From: an uncultured Staphylococcus sp.
GTDB taxonomy: Bacteria > Bacteroidota > Bacteroidia > Bacteroidales > Muribaculaceae
Direction of reading: 5' to 3'
DNA: 64,000 nt
Assembly: GCA_964546905.1 (NCBI GenBank)
Contig: CAZJKU010000002.1
Location: 52,896 to 116,895, forward strand
The notes below the pieces were generated by a model, which was given only the letters and a program-made list of their open reading frames with translations, made no database searches and was not told the DNA's origin. The position numbers were made by a program, and so were the translations under genes. Positions 40,039-50,757 of the stretch are shown piece after piece (the stretch's first letter is position 1; each line of letters starts with the position of its first letter).

Positions 40039-43000
40039 TCAGGGTATGCGCACCTTTCTTACGGTGGCTCCGCGGCGCATGATGTAGATGCCCTGCGAGG
40101 GATTCTCAACCTTGATGCCCTGGAGGTTGTAGAACTCTACCTGAAGATCGTCGTCATCAGCCACAGCCGATGCGATGCCCGAGAGACCGGTATCGCCGTC
40201 GATGGAGTACACGCCATTATCGCGGATCTTCACGTTGTCGCCGGTCTGAGAACCGTTGCCGTTGTTGAAGATTACATTCAGGCGGGTATAGTCCTTGTCG
40301 GTCGAGAGAGTATAGACGTAGTAGCCTGTTGCCTGGTCGAGCGTCATAGGTTTGCCGGGCCATGAGCCACAAAGCTCCTCATCGGAATTAGAACCGTAAA
40401 TGTAGAGGTTGACATTGTTCCAGCCCGACTTGCTGTTGTCGAAGTATATCCTGACGTCGGTTGTAGAGGGCTTGTCAACCTTGGTGAAGGTCACTTCTCC
40501 AGTCTTGGTCATACCCTCGCCCGTGGCACCCCAACTTACAGTCACGCTCTGGCCTACTGCCATATCGGCTCCGAGGGTGAATGAAGCGGTGGAAGTGAAG
40601 TCAACCTGACTGCCGTTGCCTATCTTGTACCACGAAGTGGTGCAATAGCGGTTGGCAGTAACGGTGACATTTACCGAGCCGACAAACTCACCGCCCTTGG
40701 GCGAAATCTTCACCGAGGGTTCGGGACTGTCGGAGATGCCGGTGAGCACCTGATAGCCCGAGCCGCCGTCCCATTCATAATAGGTGTCTTCGGTTATGCC
40801 TGTGATGTCGTCGGTCTGCGCTCCGTTTCCGTTATTGAATATCACGTTGACACTTTCAGCCTCGTCGAATGTCATATAATAGAATGTGCGGCCGTCGATT
40901 TCCTTGGAGTTGGTCAGCACCTTACCGGGCCATGAGCCGTTGGGCTCAACGTTCTGGCCGGAATTGCCGGTGTACCAGGCATAAAGATAAGGCGCGGTGG
41001 CCGAGGTCACATAGACCGTGATGGTAGCGTCGGGATCGACCTTGCGGTAGGTCACCTTGCCGGTGATGTCGTCGGCACCCCAGCTTACGGTCACACTCTG
41101 ACCGTAGGCCATGCCTTCACCGATAGTGAACGTGGAGGTGCTTCCGGGAGTGAGGGTAACCTTGGAGCCGTCGCCGATCTGATACCAGCCGGTAGTGGCA
41201 ACCTCGTTGAGACTGGCGCTGACGCTGAGGGTCTCGGTCTTGAAAGCACCCCCGGCAGGATCAAAGATAACCGAAGCTTTGCCTACTGCATCATCAGCTG
41301 TATAATAATGTGGTGTACCGGGATCGTCAAATACCGGATTGCCGCCGTGGGCCACAGGAGTAGTGGTATAGATAAACTTGCCGTCGACGCCCACCTTGCC
41401 TCCGGTCCAACCCTTCACGAGGACACGGAGCTGGCCCTGACCGCGGGGTGCATCGACAGTGATCTTGCCACCGGCGGGAGTATAGGAAGTTCCGGTCACG
41501 AGGTCGACATAAGTACCGTCGGGGACGCCGGTGAAAGTTGCGCCGCCGTTGATCGACACGAGGGCATAAGAGTCGCGATAGGCGCGCTTGAATGCCCAGC
41601 CGCCGTTGGCCGAGCAGCCGTCAAACGTATACTGACCCTTGCGGAGGGCAGGCACGGCGGCGCGGATCTGGTTGAGGCGGATGATGTGCTGGGCAAGATC
41701 ACCGTTGAGGGTAGTGGCGACGTTGCCTGAAGCGGTAAACTGAGCGAAGTCAGTAGCCTGAACTGAGCCCTCCACGTAGTTGCCGTAATATGCGCGGCCC
41801 GACTGGGAGCGGGGAGTCTTGTTGTTGCTGCCGCCCACGTCGATGGGGAGGCCCTTCTTGAACTCCACTTCCGAGCCGTAGTAAATACACGGAATACCGC
41901 GGAAACTGAACATCAGAGACAGGTTCTCGGCCCACTGTGCGGTGCCGCCGTTGAAGCGGGTGCCGTCGTTGGGACCGGGGCAGTAATCGTGGGAATCCAC
42001 ATAGACAACATTCCAGGAGGCATCGTTGTATTTATTGTCGCCTTTACGGGCGATATCGACTGCCGAAGCGGCATTGTTGAAGCAATAGTGCATCGGGAAG
42101 TCGATTACCGAGAAACCGCTGTACTGCGAGTAATCAGGCTCATGCCATGCACCGTTCTGCATCAGCACATTATTGCTTGTGGGCTTGTCCTTGGTATCTT
42201 TTTCACACACGGCCATGGGACCTACGGGCGTATCATGACCCTCGGGAAGATTCTGGGCGCGCCACCACTCGGCGTCACCGTTATACTCGTTGAGGAGCGA
42301 CTGGTCAGACTTCCATGTGTAGAAATAGCTCGAAAGATTGGGCTGATCGCGATAAACGACCGATCCCTGAAAGCGCTGACAGCACTCGCCAAACATGAAG
42401 AACTCACACTCGTTCAGGCGCTTGTGCTTGTATTGCTCGGCTATGGCATGGAACTGAGGGATAAACTGCTTGTTGAATGTAAGCGGAGCTATGTGGCCGG
42501 TGGTATCGATACGAAAACCGTCGACACCCATCTTTATAAACTCGCCGTAGCAGTCCACAATATATTGTGCAACGTAGTCATTCTCAGTATTGAGGTCCAC
42601 GCAGTCGCCTGCTATCTGGCCCCACCAGCGGTTGGGAAGGTCCCAGTTCCAGCCGGTACCGTAGTGATGGTAATAGTTGTTGGGCTCATACTGCGGATTC
42701 TTGAAATATTTCCATCGCTCGGCATACTGAGCCGTGGGGTCCTGATCGAAATAGTTGGCCGAAAGGCGATCGGGATTAGGCGTGAGCGATGCAGCGGGCG
42801 AAGCCTGGTTTCGGATATTCTGGTCGCGGGTGAAGAGCGGATTGAGGTTCACCTCGCCGAAGTTGCCGGTGTGCTGAAGCACCACATCGAGCACGATTTT
42901 CATGCCCTTGGCATGGGCGGCATCGATAAGGTCCTGAAACTTGACATCCTTTTCGGCACCCCATTCCTTGCGCGATTCATAGCGCAGATCAACTTTGGTG

Positions 43001-43347
43001 AAGTCCATGGCGTGATAACCGTGGTAGTCCTCACCCGAGCAGTTCTGCACCACTGGAGTAACCCATATCGATGTGAAACCGAGAGCCTTGATATAGTCCA
43101 GTTTCTCGATAAGGCCGGCGAAGTCGCCACGCCAGTCAGGGTCGTTCTTGGAAATCTGCACGTCCTGCTTGTCCCAGGAGCACACATTGTTGGTCGGGTC
43201 TCCGTCATAGAAGCGGGTGGTCATGACGAAGTAAATCGTTTCATCGCGGAAGTCGGAGCGATCGCCCACAAATGTGGTGGCAGTCGACATCAAGGGAGCT
43301 AAGCACATAGCACCCCCCGCTAACATTTTAATCAGAGAATTTTTCAT
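40039..43347 (-). CDS. Secreted GH13 alpha-amylase with two CBM26-like starch-binding modules and a T9SS-type tail
   Basis: YHGYH, GFRIDT (nucleophile), FGEC (acid/base), VDSHD; PYLYAW..GSWPG repeats; tail EFYNLQGIKVENP. Confidence 0.92.
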   Translation of the reverse strand: MKNSLIKMLAGGAMCLAPLMSTATTFVGDRSDFRDETIYFVMTTRFYDGDPTNNVCSWDKQDVQISKNDPDWRGDFAGLIEKLDYIKALGFTSIWVTPVVQNCSGEDYHGYHAMDFTKVDLRYESRKEWGAEKDVKFQDLIDAAHAKGMKIVLDVVLQHTGNFGEVNLNPLFTRDQNIRNQASPAASLTPNPDRLSANYFDQDPTAQYAERWKYFKNPQYEPNNYYHHYGTGWNWDLPNRWWGQIAGDCVDLNTENDYVAQYIVDCYGEFIKMGVDGFRIDTTGHIAPLTFNKQFIPQFHAIAEQYKHKRLNECEFFMFGECCQRFQGSVVYRDQPNLSSYFYTWKSDQSLLNEYNGDAEWWRAQNLPEGHDTPVGPMAVCEKDTKDKPTSNNVLMQNGAWHEPDYSQYSGFSVIDFPMHYCFNNAASAVDIARKGDNKYNDASWNVVYVDSHDYCPGPNDGTRFNGGTAQWAENLSLMFSFRGIPCIYYGSEVEFKKGLPIDVGGSNNKTPRSQSGRAYYGNYVEGSVQATDFAQFTASGNVATTLNGDLAQHIIRLNQIRAAVPALRKGQYTFDGCSANGGWAFKRAYRDSYALVSINGGATFTGVPDGTYVDLVTGTSYTPAGGKITVDAPRGQGQLRVLVKGWTGGKVGVDGKFIYTTTPVAHGGNPVFDDPGTPHYYTADDAVGKASVIFDPAGGAFKTETLSVSASLNEVATTGWYQIGDGSKVTLTPGSTSTFTIGEGMAYGQSVTVSWGADDITGKVTYRKVDPDATITVYVTSATAPYLYAWYTGNSGQNVEPNGSWPGKVLTNSKEIDGRTFYYMTFDEAESVNVIFNNGNGAQTDDITGITEDTYYEWDGGSGYQVLTGISDSPEPSVKISPKGGEFVGSVNVTVTANRYCTTSWYKIGNGSQVDFTSTASFTLGADMAVGQSVTVSWGATGEGMTKTGEVTFTKVDKPSTTDVRIYFDNSKSGWNNVNLYIYGSNSDEELCGSWPGKPMTLDQATGYYVYTLSTDKDYTRLNVIFNNGNGSQTGDNVKIRDNGVYSIDGDTGLSGIASAVADDDDLQVEFYNLQGIKVENPSQGIYIMRRGATVRKVRIP

Positions 43348-43696
43348 CACAAGATATAAAATCTACATTTTGCGATCCGGCATTGGATCAAGGTTAATAT
43401 TATAAAAAAGAATCACTTACAAAATAAACATAACCGATGGTGAAGTATATCGAATCATTGTATGAGCGGCACCGCGTTTCATCATGATGCACGGCTTTAC
43501 ACGTCGTCTACCATCGACTTTTTCAAAATTCAGTGCTAAATTATAACAAATTTTCCGTATTTCCTAACATTTTGACAAATTTTTGCAAAAAAACTATTTT
43601 GCTTATCGGATAGTTGCACGGAACGAAAAATTTTGTTTACCTTTGCCGTCCTGCCGGACAAGTACAGTCCCACGCACGCTTTTTTTAATTTCCATT

Positions 43697-44665
43697 ATGA
43701 GAAAGATCTACAAGTTTTCACCTATATACAAGACCGCCATCTGGGGTGGCGACCGGATCGCACCCTTCAAGGGAGAGCCTCCCGTTGACGCTAATGTGGG
43801 TGAAAGCTGGGAGATTTCGGCAGTTAAAGGCGATGAAAGCGTGGTGGCCGACGGCGAAGAGGCCGGCACACCGCTGAGCGTGCTCATCGACCGCTATGGC
43901 CGGATGCTTGTGGGTCAGGCTGTTTATGACAAATTCGGCAGCGAGTTTCCGCTCCTTATAAAATTCATCGACGCGCATAAGGATCTCTCCATCCAGGTGC
44001 ATCCTGACGATGACCTGTCGATGAAACGCCACGGCAAGCGGGGCAAGACGGAGATGTGGTATGTGATCGAGACACGAAAAGATGCCCGGTTGCTTTCAGG
44101 GCTGAAAAGAAGCGTGACACCCAGGGAATATGAGGAGGCGGTGAAGAATCACACTATCGGCAGCCTGCTCTGCAACTACGATGTCAAGCCGGGCGACGTA
44201 TTCTTCCTGCCGGCGGGTCGCATCCATTCGATAGGCGCGGGGACCTTTCTGGCCGAGATCCAGGAGACGAGCGACGTGACCTACCGCATCTACGACTTCA
44301 ACCGCCGGGATTCAACCGGGAAACTGCGTGAGCTACACACGGCTCTCGCCGTGGATGCCATTGACTATAAGGTCCTCGACAATTACCGGACACAATATAA
44401 ACTGTCGCCCGACAGCCCGGCCACGATTGCCGAGTGCAGTCACTTTAAAGTGAATCTCCTTGACCTGACGCGCCGTTACACCGCCGACGTCAGTGACCGC
44501 GACGATTTCATGGTCATAATGGTGATCGACGGAGAGGTGACCATACATGCCGACGAGGACACCCGCCACTGCCACCGCGGAGAGACCGTGCTTGTCGCAG
44601 CAGCCACATCAGGCCTCACAATCGACCCTGCGGGTAACGCTAAGGTATTGATTGCCACGGCCTGA
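43697..44665 (+). CDS. Type I phosphomannose isomerase
   Basis: IWGG, GESWEIS, LSIQVHPDD, GKTEMWY, EIQETSDVTYR. Confidence 0.92.
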   Translation: MRKIYKFSPIYKTAIWGGDRIAPFKGEPPVDANVGESWEISAVKGDESVVADGEEAGTPLSVLIDRYGRMLVGQAVYDKFGSEFPLLIKFIDAHKDLSIQVHPDDDLSMKRHGKRGKTEMWYVIETRKDARLLSGLKRSVTPREYEEAVKNHTIGSLLCNYDVKPGDVFFLPAGRIHSIGAGTFLAEIQETSDVTYRIYDFNRRDSTGKLRELHTALAVDAIDYKVLDNYRTQYKLSPDSPATIAECSHFKVNLLDLTRRYTADVSDRDDFMVIMVIDGEVTIHADEDTRHCHRGETVLVAAATSGLTIDPAGNAKVLIATA

Positions 44666-44667
44666 AA

Positions 44668-44955
44668 TCAGTTTATCTTCTCGTCGAGCGGATTACGGTA
44701 GACCGGCTGCTCCTTGCGCCGCTTATCCTTATTTTTCTTTTTCGACTTTTTCGGCATCGGAGTAGCAACGGTGTCGGTAGGGAGCGTGTCAACAGGTTCA
44801 ACCGTGACTATTGAATCAGGCACTCCGGCCCGGTCGGTATCGCCCGGCTGAGCGGAAGTGCCTGACTTGAGGATTCCGGTCACGAGAGCGGTTATCAGGA
44901 TAAGGGCGATCAAAGCGATCAGTCCTTTGCGCTCTCCCGCCGATCTGAGTGTCAT
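44668..44955 (-). CDS. Small membrane-anchored hypothetical protein
   Basis: Single TM segment, Lys-rich tail, 4-nt overlap with thiL. Confidence 0.7.
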   Translation of the reverse strand: MTLRSAGERKGLIALIALILITALVTGILKSGTSAQPGDTDRAGVPDSIVTVEPVDTLPTDTVATPMPKKSKKKNKDKRRKEQPVYRNPLDEKIN

Positions 44956-45995
44956 TGCTTTTCAGAAACAGGTTCGCCGGCCGCAAGCGGGTTCCATCCC
45001 TGCGCTTTCAGGGGAATCTCGCCTCCGTCGCGGGTGATCATGGCGCAGCCGAGGTCCTCGCGGGTGATGTGACCTATAAGTTTCACTCCGGGAATTTTCT
45101 CTATACGGTCATGATAATGGAGCGGGACGGTGAACAGCAACTCATAGTCCTCGCCGCCGTTAAGAGCCGCAGTCACGAGATTCATGCCGAGTTCCTCGGC
45201 CATCACAGCCGTCTGATAATCGATTGGAATACGGTCCTCATAGATGCGGCAACCCACATGGGAGCTCTTGCATATATGGATCAGTTCAGAACTGAGTCCG
45301 TCGGAAATATCCTGCATCGACGTGGGTTTAATATCGGCGTCCCGCAGTGCCTCCACGATGTCGCGGCGCGCTTCGGGCTTGAGCTGACGCTCCACAAGGT
45401 ATTCCTTTCCCTGAAAATTAGGCACGAAATCGGCTCTGCCTGCCGACGCTACTTTTTCCCGCTCAAGTAGTTGCAGACCCATATAGGCCGAGCCGAGGTC
45501 GCCCGACACACATATAAGGTCGGTATCGCGGGCTCCGGAGCGGTAAGCGATACGATCGCGAGGTGCATCGCCTATACAGGTGATTGAAATCACAAGTCCC
45601 TGACGCGACGAGCAGGTATCGCCCCCCACGATGTCGACCTTGTAAATGTCACATGCCAGGCGTATGCCATCGTAAAGGGCTTCGATATCCTCCACGCGGA
45701 ACCGGCTCGAAATTCCGAGCGATACCGTAATCTGCCGCGGAGTGCCGTTCATGGCGTAGATGTCGGAGAAATTCACAACCGCAGCCTTATAGCCCAGATG
45801 CTTGAGCGGGACATAGGTAAGGTCGAAATGCACGCCTTCAAGCAGCAGGTCGGTCGTGACCAGGACATCGCTGTCGGGATAGGAAAGCACAGCGGCATCG
45901 TCGCCCACGGCGGTGAGCGACGACGTGTTGACCTTGGGTAACTCGCGGGTGAGACGGTCGATCAGGCCGAACTCGCCAAGCTGAGAGATTTCCAT
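44952..45995 (-). CDS. thiL: Thiamine-monophosphate kinase
   Basis: GEFGLI, GDDAAV, DISDGL, GGEDYELLFT. Confidence 0.96.
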   Translation of the reverse strand: MEISQLGEFGLIDRLTRELPKVNTSSLTAVGDDAAVLSYPDSDVLVTTDLLLEGVHFDLTYVPLKHLGYKAAVVNFSDIYAMNGTPRQITVSLGISSRFRVEDIEALYDGIRLACDIYKVDIVGGDTCSSRQGLVISITCIGDAPRDRIAYRSGARDTDLICVSGDLGSAYMGLQLLEREKVASAGRADFVPNFQGKEYLVERQLKPEARRDIVEALRDADIKPTSMQDISDGLSSELIHICKSSHVGCRIYEDRIPIDYQTAVMAEELGMNLVTAALNGGEDYELLFTVPLHYHDRIEKIPGVKLIGHITREDLGCAMITRDGGEIPLKAQGWNPLAAGEPVSEKQ

Positions 45996-45997
45996 GA

Positions 45998-46813
45998 TCA
46001 GATGCGGGCTACGAGTTCCTTCATGATCGTCAGGCAAGCGGGCTGGGCTATGACAGCTGCCTGCTGTACCTCCTCGTGGGTGGGCACCTGAGTGACATCC
46101 TTACCTCCAAGGTCGGTGATCACCGACAGGCCGAATACTTTCATGTGGGCGTGGTTGGCCACGATGACTTCAGGCACAGTCGACATACCCACGCAGTCAC
46201 CGCCGATTATGCGGTAATACTCATATTCCGAAGGAGTCTCGAAAGTGGGACCGGTCACGCCTACATATACACCGTGCATCAGTCGTATACCCTTCTCGGC
46301 AGCGATCTTGTCGGCCTTGGCGATGAGTTCCTTGGAATATGCCTCGGTCATGGCAGGGAAACGATCGCCGAGTTCATTGTAGTTGCGTCCGCGCAACGGA
46401 TTTTCAGGGAAGAGGTTGATGTGGTCGGTTATGATCATCACGTCGCCCACTGCAAACTCCTTGTTCATGCCACCCGACGCGTTGCTGACAAACAGTGTCT
46501 CCACACCCAGAGCCTTGAACACGCGCACCGGAAATGTAACCTGCTTCATGTCATATCCTTCGTAATAGTGGAAGCGGCCCTGCATGGCTATCACGCGCTT
46601 GCCGGCAAGAGTACCGAAAATCAGGTTTCCGCTATGTCCCTCGACGGTCGATACCGGAAAGTTGGGAATCTCGGAGTAAGGAATCATCTGCTTGTCGTCG
46701 ATATGGTCAACCAACGGGCCCAGACCGGTACCGAGGATTATAGCTATACGAGGCATCTCGCCTGTGACCTTTCCGCGGAGAAAATCAGCGGTAGCGTTTA
46801 TCTTATCTAACAT
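45998..46813 (-). CDS. punA: Purine-nucleoside phosphorylase (trimeric type)
   Basis: ILGTGLG, GRFHYYEG, GPTFETPSE, VGMSTVPE. Confidence 0.93.
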   Translation of the reverse strand: MLDKINATADFLRGKVTGEMPRIAIILGTGLGPLVDHIDDKQMIPYSEIPNFPVSTVEGHSGNLIFGTLAGKRVIAMQGRFHYYEGYDMKQVTFPVRVFKALGVETLFVSNASGGMNKEFAVGDVMIITDHINLFPENPLRGRNYNELGDRFPAMTEAYSKELIAKADKIAAEKGIRLMHGVYVGVTGPTFETPSEYEYYRIIGGDCVGMSTVPEVIVANHAHMKVFGLSVITDLGGKDVTQVPTHEEVQQAAVIAQPACLTIMKELVARI

Positions 46814-46966
46814 AATCTTTATATATAATAGTAAATAATATTGTCAACGTAAATTCCGGGACAACGCCCGACCACAAAGATAAATATTTTTTCCGGTTAT
46901 TCGCGCGGTTTTTGAAATTATATGACTAACTTCGTCGCATTGCAATCAATAAATCTCCATGACAGC

Positions 46967-47374
46967 ATGAAACCTGAAATCATTCAGCACCACGACCCGG
47001 TCGACATCCGGGCGATTTTCGAGCAGTACCGCAATGGAATGACAGGTCCCGACCCACGCGATCACGAGCAATTCTTCTATGCCCCCGGCGCAAAACACTC
47101 GTTCATGGCCTCGGCTACGGGTAATGACCGCATCAAGAGCGCTATTCAAGACATTCTTAGCGTCCCCGGCCATCGCGACATCGTCATGAAAGCCGACAGG
47201 CTCATGATCATGATCCTCAACAGCGACCGGACTCCGTTGACAATCAAAGAAATCACCTACCTCAACGACTTCGTCACCACCCTCCCCTCCACCACCGCAA
47301 TAACCTGGGTAGTCACCACCACCGTCCCCGCCCCCACCCTCCGCATCCTCCTCCTCACCTCCCACCCGGAATAA
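46967..47374 (+). CDS. Hypothetical protein resembling the FtsZ/tubulin C-terminal domain
   Basis: D..D..G..M.A.G..R...A..IL..P....A..L.I.I....L...E pattern; upstream TAACTTCG box; C-rich 3' end. Confidence 0.55.
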   Translation: MKPEIIQHHDPVDIRAIFEQYRNGMTGPDPRDHEQFFYAPGAKHSFMASATGNDRIKSAIQDILSVPGHRDIVMKADRLMIMILNSDRTPLTIKEITYLNDFVTTLPSTTAITWVVTTTVPAPTLRILLLTSHPE

Positions 47375-47524
47375 TTCCCGGGCCAACTGATATTTAACAC
47401 TTTTTTAGATGAATCCAAGCAAGGTAGTGGTGACATAAACTGTCGGAGCGCGAGATTCTTTTAACGGATTTTCGGTAGGTTGAAAAAAATTTGTTACTTT
47501 GCGGTGGAAAACAATTGAAATTTC

Positions 47525-48436
47525 ATGATCGAACTGACTTATCTCGCCAGGCCGCTGATAGGGGCCGTAATCGGCTACATTACCAATGACATCGCCATAA
47601 GGATGCTTTTCCGTCCCAGAACGGCTAAATATATCTTCGGATTCAAGGTCCCGTTTACCCCCGGATTGATACCCAAGGAGAAATCGCGCATAGCGGCTTC
47701 GATAGGCGACGCCATAAGCAAGAACCTCATGAACCGCGAGGTTCTGGAAAAGACGCTGCTCTCGGCCGATATGCTCGATAAGATCCGCAACGGAATCAAC
47801 GGGTTTGTCGAGACCCAGCGCCACAATGACGCTACCGTGGAGGAGTTCCTGCTGTGCTTCCTCTCTCCCGACGACATTAAGTATATGAGCGAAAACATTT
47901 CGGTCGACCTCTCGGCTCAGATCCATACGGCCCTATCGTCGTCGGGCCTCGGGCCGAAGATAGCAAGAATCGTGGTGGCCCATGTCATGGAGAAGGTTAA
48001 AAACGGGATGTTGGGAATATTCGGTGCCGACCAGGTGATAGGACTCATCGCCTCACCGGTTGAGAAGCTGCTTGCCAAGAATATCGACGAGATGCTGGCC
48101 AACAACTCTCAGGCGATGGTGGAGAGTCTCATCGACGACCAGATAGGCAACTTCATGGAGAAACCGGTCAGGAGCCTGTTGACCGGCAGGGAGGCGCAGA
48201 TCGAGATGGCCGTGGACACCATCATGTCGCTCTACACCACGCTCGTGACCGAGCAATTGCCACGTATACTCGACGCCATCAACATCAGCGGCATCATCGA
48301 GTCACGCATCAATGAAATGGATGTCAAGGAATCTGAAAAACTGATTCTTGAGGTCATGAACCGCGAGCTGAAGGCAATCGTGTGGCTCGGCGCGTTGCTC
48401 GGCTTCGTGATGGGGTGCATCAATCTGCTGTTCTGA
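47525..48436 (+). CDS. DUF445 family membrane protein
   Basis: GAVIGYITNDIAIRMLFRP, GLIPKEK, IVWLGALLGFVMG. Confidence 0.9.
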   Translation: MIELTYLARPLIGAVIGYITNDIAIRMLFRPRTAKYIFGFKVPFTPGLIPKEKSRIAASIGDAISKNLMNREVLEKTLLSADMLDKIRNGINGFVETQRHNDATVEEFLLCFLSPDDIKYMSENISVDLSAQIHTALSSSGLGPKIARIVVAHVMEKVKNGMLGIFGADQVIGLIASPVEKLLAKNIDEMLANNSQAMVESLIDDQIGNFMEKPVRSLLTGREAQIEMAVDTIMSLYTTLVTEQLPRILDAINISGIIESRINEMDVKESEKLILEVMNRELKAIVWLGALLGFVMGCINLLF

Positions 48437-48511
48437 ATACATCCTGAAAATATAAAATTTAACTTACCGAAATTAGGGAATCAGGGGAATTTGCAGTAAT
48501 TTTGCACTCCT

Positions 48512-49642
48512 ATGGAATTTGAAGTCAAAGCTACGGCACCTTCCACTGCCGCCCGTGCGGGACTCATCACTACTGACCACGGTGTGATCGAGACCCCGAT
48601 ATTCATGCCCGTCGGCACTGTGGGCAGCGTCAAGGCTGTCCATGTCAATGAGTTGCGCGACGACGTAAAGGCTCAGATCATCCTCGGCAACACTTATCAT
48701 CTTTACCTCCGCCCGGGCATCGATATCCTTGAACGCGCGGGAGGATTGCATAAATTCAACGGCTGGGACCGCCCTATCCTGACCGACAGCGGCGGGTTTC
48801 AGGTTTTCTCGCTTTCCGACAACCGCAAGTTGACCGAGGAGGGAGCATGGTTCAGGTCTCATATCGACGGATCAAAGCACCTTTTCACGCCCGAGAAGGT
48901 GGTGGACATACAGCGCTCGATAGGATCGGACATAATGATGGCTCTCGACGAGTGCCCGCCGGGCACCGCCGACCGCGCATACGCCCGCAAGTCGCTCGAC
49001 CTGACTCTGCGATGGCTTGAACGCGGCTGGCGTCACTTCAACGAGACCGAAGGCAAGTATGGCTACCGGCAGTCGTTCTTCCCCATAGTGCAGGGAGTGA
49101 CCTATCCCGACCTCCGCCGCGAGAGTGCCACTCGTGTGGCTGAACTCGGAGCCGACGGCAACGCCATAGGCGGCCTGGCCGTGGGCGAGCCTGCCGAGGT
49201 GATGTATGACATGATCGAGGTTGTCAACGAAATCCTTCCCGCCGACAAGCCCCGCTACCTAATGGGGGTGGGTACCCCGGCCAATATACTGGAAGCGATA
49301 GACCGCGGCGTGGACATGATGGACTGCGTAATGCCTACCCGCAACGGCCGTAACGGAATGCTCTTCACCGCCCACGGCATCTTGAACATGCGCAACAAGA
49401 AGTGGGCCGACGACTTCTCTCCCCTGCAGGAGGACGGCGCGAGCATCGTGGACAGAATGTACACGAAAGCCTACGTGCGTCATCTCTTCATCGCCAATGA
49501 GATCCTTGCCATGCAGATAGCCTCGATCCACAATCTTGCCTTCTACCTGTGGCTCACCGCCGAAGCCCGCCGCCATATCGTCGCCGGCGACTTCAAGGCG
49601 TGGAAGACCGAAATGGTCGAGCGCGTCACCCGGAGGCTATAA
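48512..49642 (+). CDS. tgt: Queuine tRNA-ribosyltransferase
   Basis: TPIFMPVGT, TDSGGFQ, PRYLMGVG, DCVMPTRNGR. Confidence 0.98.
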   Translation: MEFEVKATAPSTAARAGLITTDHGVIETPIFMPVGTVGSVKAVHVNELRDDVKAQIILGNTYHLYLRPGIDILERAGGLHKFNGWDRPILTDSGGFQVFSLSDNRKLTEEGAWFRSHIDGSKHLFTPEKVVDIQRSIGSDIMMALDECPPGTADRAYARKSLDLTLRWLERGWRHFNETEGKYGYRQSFFPIVQGVTYPDLRRESATRVAELGADGNAIGGLAVGEPAEVMYDMIEVVNEILPADKPRYLMGVGTPANILEAIDRGVDMMDCVMPTRNGRNGMLFTAHGILNMRNKKWADDFSPLQEDGASIVDRMYTKAYVRHLFIANEILAMQIASIHNLAFYLWLTAEARRHIVAGDFKAWKTEMVERVTRRL

Positions 49643-49662
49643 ACCTACCTTCATGCTGCAAC

Positions 49663-50736
49663 ATGTTCAAGATTCTTGACCGATATATTATAAAGAAGTT
49701 TCTCGGGACTTATATTTTCGCGATCGCGCTGATCCTGGCCATCACGATAATGTTTGACGTCAACGAGAAACTCGACTCGTTTCTCAAGGCACCGCTTAAA
49801 GCCACGATATTTGACTACTTCATCAACTTCCTGCCCTATTTCGCCAACCAGTTCAGCCCGCTGTTCACGTTTATCGCCGTGATCTTCTTCACCTCCAAGC
49901 TGGCCGACAACAGCGAGATCATCGCCATGCTGTCCACCGGCATGAGTTTCAGGCGGTTGCTATGGCCATATATGGTGTCGGCAGCCGTGATAGCGTGTGC
50001 CACCTACCTGCTCAGCGCCTACATCATCCCTCCGGCCAACGTGAAGAGAATCGAGTATACCAACACCTACGTGCGCAACAAGCGCGTCGATTACGGGTCA
50101 AACATACAGCTTCAGGTCGCCCAAGGTGAAATCGCATCCATGAGCCGCTATGACAACACCCAGAAAACCGGCTACAAGTTCTCGCTCGAACACTTCGAGG
50201 ACAAGAAACTCGTGTCGCGACTCACGTCGCAGACCATCAAGTGGGACACGCTCCACCACTGGATCGTGCGCGACTACATGATTCGCGACTTCCGCGGCGA
50301 CAGGGAATACATCACTCGCGGCAACCGCCTTGACACCATCATACCCTTTGAGCCACGCGATTTCCTAATAGCCAAGAACGACCACGAGACCATGACCTCG
50401 CCCCAGCTGAGGGAATACATCTCGCGGCAGCGGGAGCGCGGGGTGGCCAACATAAAGTCATTTGAGATCGAGAATCACCGTCGCTACGCCATGACAGCCG
50501 CGGCGTTCATACTGACGGTGATCGGCATGTCGCTCTCCTCGCGCAAGGTCAAGGGCGGCATGGGTGTGAACATCGGCATCGGCCTTGTGCTGAGTTTCAG
50601 TTACATCCTGTTCATGACCGTCACCTCCACATTTGCCGTCTCGGGCCTTACGTCGCCAATGGTGGCGATGTGGATTCCCAACATAATCTACGCCATCATA
50701 GGCATAATCCTCTATTACAAAGCATCCCATCAATAA
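49663..50736 (+). CDS. LptF/LptG family LPS export permease
   Basis: ILDRYIIKKFL, NSEIIAMLSTGMSF, six TM segments. Confidence 0.92.
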   Translation: MFKILDRYIIKKFLGTYIFAIALILAITIMFDVNEKLDSFLKAPLKATIFDYFINFLPYFANQFSPLFTFIAVIFFTSKLADNSEIIAMLSTGMSFRRLLWPYMVSAAVIACATYLLSAYIIPPANVKRIEYTNTYVRNKRVDYGSNIQLQVAQGEIASMSRYDNTQKTGYKFSLEHFEDKKLVSRLTSQTIKWDTLHHWIVRDYMIRDFRGDREYITRGNRLDTIIPFEPRDFLIAKNDHETMTSPQLREYISRQRERGVANIKSFEIENHRRYAMTAAAFILTVIGMSLSSRKVKGGMGVNIGIGLVLSFSYILFMTVTSTFAVSGLTSPMVAMWIPNIIYAIIGIILYYKASHQ

Positions 50737-50757
50737 CCTTCAAGCCTTTCATTATTT

